NCBI GenBank assembly: GCA_963675745.2
Contig: CAXXWX010000027.1
Location: 128,001 to 192,000, forward strand
Source: Phycisphaerae bacterium
GTDB lineage: Bacteria > Planctomycetota > Phycisphaerae > UBA1845 > Fen-1342
Length of the DNA: 64,000 bases
Reading direction: 5' to 3'
The notes under the pieces: generated by a model
Databases searched by the model: none
Told to the model about the DNA's origin: nothing
The model's input: only the letters and a program-made list of their open reading frames with translations
Translations under genes and position numbers: made by a program
In this document: positions 9,132-17,024 of the stretch, in pieces
Layout: every line of letters begins with the position of its first letter
Numbering within the stretch: the stretch's first letter is position 1

Positions 9132-11054
9132 CTAGTGGGCTGGCGGGCGCTCGAATGCCCTGGCCCCTCGCGTATGCGTCTTCTTCGCCGCGGCGTTTAG
9201 CGGCAATCCGTGCTCGCGGCAGTACGAAACCAGCGCATCGATAAACGCCTGGCCCAGGTCAGCCTGTTTACGGTGCCCCACGCCAAACACTCCCAGCAAA
9301 GCCTCCGGTGAACTCGGTCGCAAGCGCGCCATCTCACGCAACGTGCGATCGCCGAAGATTACGAAAGGCGGGACGCCGCGTTGCTCGGCGATCGCGCGCC
9401 GCACGCCGCGCAGGTGCTCGAACAGACCGCGATCGATCCCCTCCCAGGATTGCGCGAGTTGAGCACCGGTCGTGACGGCCTTTTGCCTGGGAACAACCAG
9501 GCGCACTTCCCGCTCGCCGCGCAGCACCTCCCACGAGCGATCGTTGAGCTTCAGCAGCGGGCGATCGCAGTCTGTCTGCGACAGCAGCCCCTTGCCGATC
9601 AACTGATCGACCAGGCTCATGACGATATTGCGGTCCCAGCCCCTCAGCAGACCGTGCGTGGTCAGCGCGTCGTGGCCAAAGCTGCGGATCGTGCGTCTCC
9701 TTGAGCCGAGCAGCACATCAACCACGTGGCCGCGGCCGAAGTGCTCGTCGACGCGCGCTACGCACGACAGGATCTTCTGCGCCGTAACGGTCGCGTCTTC
9801 CTCATCTTCGCGCTCGCCCAGGCACACATCGCACGCCCCGCAGTTGTCCGGCTCATACGCCTGGCCGAAGTACTCCGAAATCTGCCGGTGCCGACAGCGC
9901 CCGTCAGTGCTCAACGTCCGCATATGGCCGAGCAACTTCTGCCCCGCCTCGAATACCTCCTCGGGAGCCTCGGCTTCTTCGGCGCTCATCCGCAGCAGCC
10001 GCTCCCAGCGCGCCACATCGCGCGGCGAAAAGAGCAATACGCACTCGGCCGGTAACCCGTCACGCCCGGCGCGGCCCGTCTCCTGCTGATAGTGCTCAAC
10101 AGACTTGGGCATGGCGGTGTGAATCACACAGCGCACGTCGCTGCGATCGACCCCCATGCCAAACGCAACCGTGGCCACGATCACGTCGATCTGCTCGTTG
10201 GCGAACGCGTCTTGCGTGGCACGCCGTTCGGCGGCCTCCATGCCGGCGTGATAATACGCCGCCCGCACACGCGTGGCGCGCAGCCAGTTCGCCAGGCTCT
10301 CGGTTTCGCGGCGGCTGATGCAGTAGATGATGACCGCTTCGTTGCGATGGCGTTTGACGATGTCGCCAACCTGCGCATAGAGGTCCACTTCAGGTAGGAC
10401 GCGATAGGTCAGGTTCGGGCGATCGAACCTGCCCACCAGAATCGTGGGCTCGTCAAGCCCGAGTTGGGTGACGATGTCTTCACGCACGCGCTCGGTCGCC
10501 GTCGCGGTGAACGCGTGCACACTGCAACCCGGGAAACGGTTCTTGAGCAGCGAGAGCTGGCGATACTCGCGTCGAAAGTCGTGGCCCCAGTGGCTGATGC
10601 AGTGGGCTTCGTCTATGGCGAAGGCGCGTACATCGGCACCACTGAGTAGCTGCATGAAACGTGCGGTCACGAGGCGTTCCGGTGCGGCGAAGACCAGACG
10701 CAATTGACGATCGCGCAGCGCCTGCTCAGCCGCGTTAATCTCGTCGGCCGTCATGTTGCTGTGCAGCGCGATCGCCGGATAGCCGCAGGCAACCAGCGCG
10801 TCAACCTGGTCTTTCATGAGCGCGATCAGCGGCGAGACGACGACGTCGGTGCGCTCGGCGATCAGCGGCGGCACCTGGTAGCACAGTGATTTCCCGCCGC
10901 CCGTCGGCATCACGACCAGCGAGTCACAACTATTCAGACCCGCCGCAATCGCCCGCTCTTGCAGTGGGCGCAAGCTGTCAAACCCCCAATAACGGCGTAC
11001 CGCGCGGAGGATGTCGGCTTGTTCCGGCGTCTTCAAAGCGTCGGCGAGAGACAT
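9132..11054 (-). CDS. recQ: ATP-dependent DNA helicase RecQ
   Basis: MPTGGGKS, DEAHCISHWGHDFR, QETGRAGRDG, Zn CxxC, RQC and HRDC domains. Confidence 0.95.
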   Translation of the reverse strand: MSLADALKTPEQADILRAVRRYWGFDSLRPLQERAIAAGLNSCDSLVVMPTGGGKSLCYQVPPLIAERTDVVVSPLIALMKDQVDALVACGYPAIALHSNMTADEINAAEQALRDRQLRLVFAAPERLVTARFMQLLSGADVRAFAIDEAHCISHWGHDFRREYRQLSLLKNRFPGCSVHAFTATATERVREDIVTQLGLDEPTILVGRFDRPNLTYRVLPEVDLYAQVGDIVKRHRNEAVIIYCISRRETESLANWLRATRVRAAYYHAGMEAAERRATQDAFANEQIDVIVATVAFGMGVDRSDVRCVIHTAMPKSVEHYQQETGRAGRDGLPAECVLLFSPRDVARWERLLRMSAEEAEAPEEVFEAGQKLLGHMRTLSTDGRCRHRQISEYFGQAYEPDNCGACDVCLGEREDEEDATVTAQKILSCVARVDEHFGRGHVVDVLLGSRRRTIRSFGHDALTTHGLLRGWDRNIVMSLVDQLIGKGLLSQTDCDRPLLKLNDRSWEVLRGEREVRLVVPRQKAVTTGAQLAQSWEGIDRGLFEHLRGVRRAIAEQRGVPPFVIFGDRTLREMARLRPSSPEALLGVFGVGHRKQADLGQAFIDALVSYCREHGLPLNAAAKKTHTRGARAFERPPAH

Positions 11055-11217
11055 GCGTTACATGCTAATAAAAACCGGACATGCGGGAAAGGCCCCAGAC
11101 CCCAGGGCCTGGTACTATCGCTTGGTTTGTTGTGTTCGCGGATGTTGGCAGTTGGCAGTTTCTCGTCGCGGCTGCGCCGCAACATCGTGTTGGCAGTACG
11201 CGCTGCGCGAGCAAATA

Positions 11218-11534
11218 ACAACTGCACACACGAGGCCGCGCAGCGGACGAGCAACTGCCAACTGTTAACACCTGCGAACGAAGTACGGCTGCATCTGCGC
11301 CACCGGTGCTTGCACAATGCTCGGGATCGCTGGTGCGAGAATCCTTTCTCGCACCCACTCTGGCGGGAATCCTTTCCCGCTATGCGGTCGCTGGTGCGAG
11401 ATGGGAATCTCGCACCAGCAACCCCACAACTGCACACACGAGGCCGCGCAGCGGACGAGAAACTGTCAACTGTTGACACCTGCGAACGAAGTACGGCTGC
11501 GTCTGCGCCGCCGTTGCTCGCGTGATGGCCGGGA
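11218..11534. repeat. two ~110-bp direct repeats (11218 and 11426) plus a partial inverted copy near 11143-11180
   Basis: ACAACTGCACACACGAGGCCGCGCAGCGGACGAG...GAAGTACGGCTGC repeated with 208-bp period. Confidence 0.85.
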
Positions 11535-11595
11535 CTCCACGCGCGCGGGCGGGTATGATGCGGCGTGTCGGGGTCCTGCTATCGTGGGAGATGTT

Positions 11596-12609
11596 ATGCG
11601 TCGCTACGAATTCGATGCGTTCGGCGTCGAGCATGTGAAGCTGATCGACGTGCCAACGCCGCAGCCCGGCGTTGGGGAGGTCGTCGTCGATGTAAAGGCC
11701 ATGAGCCTGAACTACCGCGACCTGCTCGTCATCAAAGGGCAGTACAACCCGAAGCTCAAGCTCCCCGCCGTGCCGCTCAGCGACGGTGCCGGCGTTGTGA
11801 GCGCCATCGGCGATGGCGTCACGCGCGTCAAGCCGGGTGATCGGGTGATCTCGCACTTTGTCGCCGGCTGGATCGACGGGCCATACGAGCTCGACTATCT
11901 GGCGACGACGCTCGGCACGCCCGCAGCGGGGCTCGCCGCCGAGCAGGTCGTGTTGCCGGCCGAAGCGGTGGTGCCTATTCCCGCGGGTTACAGTTTCGCC
12001 CAGGCGGCCACGCTACCGATCGCCGCCCTGACGGCGTGGAGCTGCCTGCGAACCGTATACCACCTCGAGGCCGGGCAGACGATGCTGACGCTCGGCACCG
12101 GCGGCGTGGCGATCTTCGCGCTTCAGCTCGCCAAGGCGCTGGGTGCCCAGGCGATCATCACCTCCAGCAGCGACGAGAAGCTCGCCCGCTGTAGCGAGCT
12201 CGGCGCCGATCACACCGTCAACTACACGACCACGCCGAAATGGGAAAACGCCGTGCTTGAGTTCACCGGCGGGCGCGGCGTGGACGTGACGGTCGAGACG
12301 GCCGGGCCGGCGACGCTGGACCAATCGATCAAGGCTACCAAAGCCGGCGGCACCATCGCGCTGCCCGGCGCGCTCACCGGTCGGGCGGGCAACATCACCA
12401 CCGGCCTGATTCTGATGCGCCGCGCACACATCGCCGGCATCATGGTCGACAGCCGCGCCGCATTCGAAGCGATGAACGCCTTTCTAGCCGAGCACAAAAT
12501 CGAGCCGGTCATCAGCGGGACGTTCACGTTTGAGGAGTTACCCAACGCCCTGCGCCTGATGGAAGCGGGCGGGCATTTGGGGAAAATCGTGGTTGGTGCG
12601 ACTCCGTAA
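11596..12609 (+). CDS. NAD(P)-dependent medium-chain dehydrogenase/reductase (alcohol dehydrogenase-like)
   Basis: SLNYRD, PLSDGAG, LGTGGV, GHLGKIV; start MRRYEF after GGAG. Confidence 0.9.
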   Translation: MRRYEFDAFGVEHVKLIDVPTPQPGVGEVVVDVKAMSLNYRDLLVIKGQYNPKLKLPAVPLSDGAGVVSAIGDGVTRVKPGDRVISHFVAGWIDGPYELDYLATTLGTPAAGLAAEQVVLPAEAVVPIPAGYSFAQAATLPIAALTAWSCLRTVYHLEAGQTMLTLGTGGVAIFALQLAKALGAQAIITSSSDEKLARCSELGADHTVNYTTTPKWENAVLEFTGGRGVDVTVETAGPATLDQSIKATKAGGTIALPGALTGRAGNITTGLILMRRAHIAGIMVDSRAAFEAMNAFLAEHKIEPVISGTFTFEELPNALRLMEAGGHLGKIVVGATP

Positions 12610-12785
12610 TCCTTGGCGACAAAAGTACTTATGGAGCCATGCCCCTAGTGGCACGGGGCCCGTGCGCCGGTGTGCGCCCAAGAGGGAACCGGTGTCGCAA
12701 CGAAAACACCCATTGAGACGCAATAGCTTTGCGCAAGAATGTTGCGTAAAATGCAACGTGGGACTCGTATGTGTGCGATACTACA

Positions 12786-12920
12786 GGTACGCGATATTGT
12801 ACCAGATGTACAGCACTAGTTGCAGTGTCTGTGCTTAGCACGGATGCAGCCAGTCCAATAGTCCGGTGCCGCTGGTCGGCTTGATAGGGTGCCGCAAGGT
12901 CCCGCCGGACTTCATTTTTT
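12786..12920 (+). ncRNA. candidate DUF3800-associated structured RNA, convergent with the DUF3800 gene
   Basis: AGTCCGG(12860-66)/CCGGACT(12905-11) closing stem with two internal hairpins (one GCAA GNRA tetraloop), then T6 ending 4 nt from the DUF3800 stop; more hairpins upstream; 5' end uncertain. Confidence 0.6.
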
Positions 12921-12924
12921 GCGC

Positions 12925-13770
12925 CTACGGACCGGATGAACTGACCTGGTCGAGCAGTTCCCGCAACGCTGTATCGTCCGGAAAGAGCTTCAATCCATCG
13001 ATCTTCCGGCCGCTGGTGTTCTGGCTGCGATAGAAGAACGGCAGAATTCGCTGGAAATACGGGTAAGACGGCTGCTCGAGTTTGAACGCGCGGTAGACGT
13101 TGTACGCGCACAGGTCGGCAAGCTGAACGCCGTTCGAAAGCTCGCTCCGGACAAAGAACGGCATCTCAACGATGTTGCGTAGGCGGCAGCCGGATGACGT
13201 TCCACCGGCGAGAAAATACGCGTGCTTCATCGCGAGTGAACGGCTGGCTTCTCGACTAACCTGATCCGCGACGACCAAACCGTTGTGCTTGGAATGAAAC
13301 TCCGCCAGGAACAGCTGCATGCGTTCGAGAAGCAGCTCATACGCCTTCCGCTGGAGCTGCGCCGTGTCCATCCACGACCGGAGTTGACGCTTGTCGATGA
13401 CGACCGCAAACAGGTGTGCGTGGCAGGACTCAAATGCCGCGTAGAACCGCTCGGTCAGATCCGTGAGCTGTGCAAGCGGCACATGTTGCCACAACTTGTG
13501 ATGCTCCCTCGCCTTCGGAATGCGGACCACGCTGCTGTGAATCTCTGCATCAGCAAGCTCGAACCGTCGACCTGTTGAACGATGTACGTCGTCGAGGACT
13601 TGCCGTTTTACAGCATTTAGCATTGCCTCGAAGCGGCGCCACCTATGCTCGAACAGCGAGACGGCGACGAGTACATAGACGTGGTCTTGTGCCACGACCG
13701 TTGCATCTGCACGCCGTTGGGCCCCCGCTGGGTTGGGGTTCCCGGATTCGTCAATGTAGAAGAAGTACAC
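12925..13770 (-). CDS. DUF3800 domain protein (predicted RNase H-like fold)
   Basis: N-terminal FYIDESG and C-terminal GVQLADLCAY signature motifs. Confidence 0.88.
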   Translation of the reverse strand: MYFFYIDESGNPNPAGAQRRADATVVAQDHVYVLVAVSLFEHRWRRFEAMLNAVKRQVLDDVHRSTGRRFELADAEIHSSVVRIPKAREHHKLWQHVPLAQLTDLTERFYAAFESCHAHLFAVVIDKRQLRSWMDTAQLQRKAYELLLERMQLFLAEFHSKHNGLVVADQVSREASRSLAMKHAYFLAGGTSSGCRLRNIVEMPFFVRSELSNGVQLADLCAYNVYRAFKLEQPSYPYFQRILPFFYRSQNTSGRKIDGLKLFPDDTALRELLDQVSSSGP

Positions 13771-13966
13771 GGTTACCCCTCAACACTCGACAGCCGCCGG
13801 CGTATCGCGCGACATGCTTGGCAAGAAACGCGGTAGCATTGTACCAGACAAGACGTTGGGACGCGTGTCGACTATCGTATCAGGCATGACCGGCCGGAGG
13901 CCGGTCCAACAAGTACTTGGGAGCCGGTCCCACAGTTGCTCCGGAAGGCAACGGCGAGACAGTGAC

Positions 13967-15004
13967 GTGAGTACGACGATCCTTGGCATCGAAACTTCCT
14001 GCGACGAGACTTCGGCCGCCGTCGTTGTTGATGGGCGCGATGTGCGCTCGAACGTTGTCAGCTCGCAGATCGATCTGCACGCCCGGTACGGAGGTATCGT
14101 GCCCGAGATTGCCTCGCGGGCGCACATTGAGAGCGTACGCTCGATTATCGAACAGGCGCTGGCCCAGGCCGGCGTCGGCTACAGTGACCTCGACGCGATC
14201 GCGATCGCCGACGGACCGGGCCTGGTCGGCTCGCTGCTGATCGGCGTGACCGCGGCGAAGACACTCGCGCTGGCGTTTGATCTGCCGCTGGTGCCGGTTG
14301 ATCACATCGAAGCGCACGCCACCAGCGCCGCCCTCGTCGCCGATCCTGCGCCGTGGCCGGCGATCGCACTGGTTGTCAGTGGCGGCCACTCGTCCGTGTA
14401 TCACGTCCGCGACTTCGACAATATCGCCTTGCTCGGCCAGACCATGGACGACGCCGCCGGCGAGGCTTTCGACAAGGTCGCCGCGTTACTCGAACTGGGT
14501 TACCCGGGCGGCCCGCTCATTGACCGTCTGGCTGGCAGTGGCAACCCCACAGCGATCCGCTTCCCGCGCACCTGGCTCAAGAAGCCGCACTACAACTTCT
14601 CCTTCAGCGGCCTGAAGACGGCCGTCCTTTACCACGTTTACGGGCACGGCAGGAAATACGGATCGGTGGACCACCTGTCGAGTGAACAAATCGCCGACAT
14701 CGCCGCGAGCTTCCAGGCCGCGCTGATTGAGCCACTGATCAAAAAAACCGTGGCCGCGGCCACTGATACGGGCGTGGGCACCGTCGTGCTTGGCGGGGGC
14801 GTGGCCGCGAATTCGGCGCTGCGTGCTGGAATGCAAGCAGCCTGTGAGCGCGCCAATCTGCGCCTGCACCTGACGCCGATGAAATACTGCACCGACAATG
14901 CGGCGATGATCGCGGCCCTTGGATACCATCGATTTGCGTCGGGTCTGCGCGCTGGACTGGATCTGGAGCCGCGCGCCGGGCTGGTGCGCACGGGGCGCGC
15001 GTGA
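13967..15004 (+). CDS. tsaD: tRNA N6-adenosine threonylcarbamoyltransferase
   Basis: ILGIETSCDET, PEIASRAH, HIEAH, SGGH, DDAAGEAFDK, TDNAAMIA. Confidence 0.96.
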   Translation: MSTTILGIETSCDETSAAVVVDGRDVRSNVVSSQIDLHARYGGIVPEIASRAHIESVRSIIEQALAQAGVGYSDLDAIAIADGPGLVGSLLIGVTAAKTLALAFDLPLVPVDHIEAHATSAALVADPAPWPAIALVVSGGHSSVYHVRDFDNIALLGQTMDDAAGEAFDKVAALLELGYPGGPLIDRLAGSGNPTAIRFPRTWLKKPHYNFSFSGLKTAVLYHVYGHGRKYGSVDHLSSEQIADIAASFQAALIEPLIKKTVAAATDTGVGTVVLGGGVAANSALRAGMQAACERANLRLHLTPMKYCTDNAAMIAALGYHRFASGLRAGLDLEPRAGLVRTGRA

Positions 15005-15064
15005 GCGGCGTGTCTTCGAGCGCTTGTTCCACCGGCCCGCGCGGTTTAGACTACACATCGCGGC

Positions 15065-15427
15065 ATGACAGTCGCCGAGTCCCGCCCCAGAGGATTGTCG
15101 ATGATTTTTGGTGAAGATGGATCCGACCTGCCTGACCCCGCTAGTCCGCAGCAACAGAAAGTCCGCCTTGACCCGTCGAGGATGGAGTCGCTGTATGCGA
15201 ACTTCGTTGCGATCGCCGGCTCAGCCGATGAGATCGTTCTCTATCTTGGGGCCAACTCTCCGCTGCCCGGGCAGAAGGAACCGTTGGTGCAGCTTTCGCA
15301 CCGCGTGATCTTCCTGCCGGCGAACGCCAAGCGTCTCATGCTGGCCTTACAGCAGACGGTGACTGCGCACGAAGACCGCTTCGGCCCGATCGAGATCCCG
15401 CCGCCGCCCCGTCCGCGTAAGAACTAG
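15065..15427 (+). CDS. DUF3467-like protein
   Basis: YANF...EIVLYLG...AKRL..AL...V..HE.RFG.I pattern. Confidence 0.7.
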   Translation: MTVAESRPRGLSMIFGEDGSDLPDPASPQQQKVRLDPSRMESLYANFVAIAGSADEIVLYLGANSPLPGQKEPLVQLSHRVIFLPANAKRLMLALQQTVTAHEDRFGPIEIPPPPRPRKN

Positions 15428-15971
15428 CTCATCCGCAGGTGGACCACATATGTGTTTTTCACGCGGCCGCCACGTGGCTGCGCGGGCGTGTGGTTCCGAT
15501 TATGGTTGCGTCGTAACCGTGTACCATCCGGTAACTTAGCAGACATACCGGGTACTCGTAATCGGTTCCGAAAACGGTGTATAGAGGGCCGTATGTTAGC
15601 GTGCAATTCGGTTAGGGCCGGAGTTTTATGCCGAACGCGATTGACCTGTAAGCGGTTTATATACAAATAGTTATATGATATAGGACAGGAATGCTCCTAA
15701 TTTTATCGTGGATTTTCTGAGTAAGAGTTGCCCCGCCGGTCGGCGTACGTTATACTTCTCGATGAACAGGCTCCCCAATGTTGTGCCGTGTTCCAGCGAT
15801 GTTATTGATGGCTCCCCCCTAAGCTGGACAAACGGCTCCTAGTACTTGGTTAGCGCAGTGTTGCATTTGCGCCCTTGGTGTTGAATGCGCGGTCGCGACG
15901 GATTGCGATCGGGTGGCGATGAGGGACTTTGCGCGCACGGCGCCGGGAAAGGGCATTCAGAGGAGTTGTAA

Positions 15972-16970
15972 ATGCTGTCATCGAAGGAGCCAAAGGGAAG
16001 CCCGTCGCTTCGCAAATACGAGCCGAAAGCCAGATTGCCGGTGGCCGACGCGCTCGCCACGTTTTCCTCCGCCGACAGAAGCCTGCTCGAGCGCAGAGTC
16101 GCCGAAAAGAGCGAGTGCATCTACTGCTCGATCTTCGAACGCGAAGGCGCGGAGCAGATACTGCTCGCACCACCGCCGGAAACCAGCGACCACGGCGCAA
16201 CGCCGGCCAACAGTGACGACAGCGGCGCCAATTTCCTGCTCGGCGACGACCAGCAGGCACTCCTGATCGACCAGGAACGCCACGTGTTTCTGCGTTTCAA
16301 TTACGCGCGTCATCGAGTCATGCAGATTCTGGAGTCGTGCCAGGCGCGCCGTCTGACCGCGGACGCCGCCCGGGAGTTGCTGAAGTGGGAGTCCCTGGTG
16401 GTGGACACGCGCAATGAGCTGGTGCGCATGAACGTCCCGCTGGTGCTGGCGATGGTCAAGCGCACCAAGATCACCGGCGTGGACTATGCCGACCTGATCA
16501 GCGAGGGCAGCTTGGCGCTGATGCGCAGCGTCGACAAGTTTGACTGCGCGCGGGGCTTCAAGTTCAGCACGTATGCCTGCCGCGCCATCCTCAAGGCGTT
16601 CGCCCGTGTGGCCACGCGCACGGCGCGCTATCGCGGCCACTTCCCCACCGAATTTGACCCGGCACTGGAGCGCGGCGACGCCGTCGATCGCAAGCGCGCG
16701 GATGTGACGGACGACTGTGTCGATGAATTGAAGCACATCCTGGGATCAAACCAGGCGCATCTCAATCCTGTCGAGCAGACCGTGATCAAGGCTCGATTCG
16801 CCATCGCCGGTGGCGACGATCCCGCCCCCGAGGATGCCCAGACGCTCGAGCAGGTCGGCCACATGATCGGCGTGACCAAGGAGCGCGTCAGGCAGATCCA
16901 GAACAAGGCCCTGCTGAAGCTGCGTTCGGTCCTGGAGGAAGGCGTCCTGGCCGTCAAAGCCGCCAATTGA
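15972..16970 (+). CDS. sigma-70 family RNA polymerase sigma factor (short RpoD-like, no region 1.1)
   Basis: DLISEG, DKFDCARGFKFSTYA (region 2), TLEQVG...VTKERVRQIQNKAL (region 4.2). Confidence 0.9.
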   Translation: MLSSKEPKGSPSLRKYEPKARLPVADALATFSSADRSLLERRVAEKSECIYCSIFEREGAEQILLAPPPETSDHGATPANSDDSGANFLLGDDQQALLIDQERHVFLRFNYARHRVMQILESCQARRLTADAARELLKWESLVVDTRNELVRMNVPLVLAMVKRTKITGVDYADLISEGSLALMRSVDKFDCARGFKFSTYACRAILKAFARVATRTARYRGHFPTEFDPALERGDAVDRKRADVTDDCVDELKHILGSNQAHLNPVEQTVIKARFAIAGGDDPAPEDAQTLEQVGHMIGVTKERVRQIQNKALLKLRSVLEEGVLAVKAAN

Positions 16971-17024
16971 GGCGGTACGCACCAGACAGTTTTCATGTAT
17001 AGCGCTGTGGACTGACGCAGGTTG

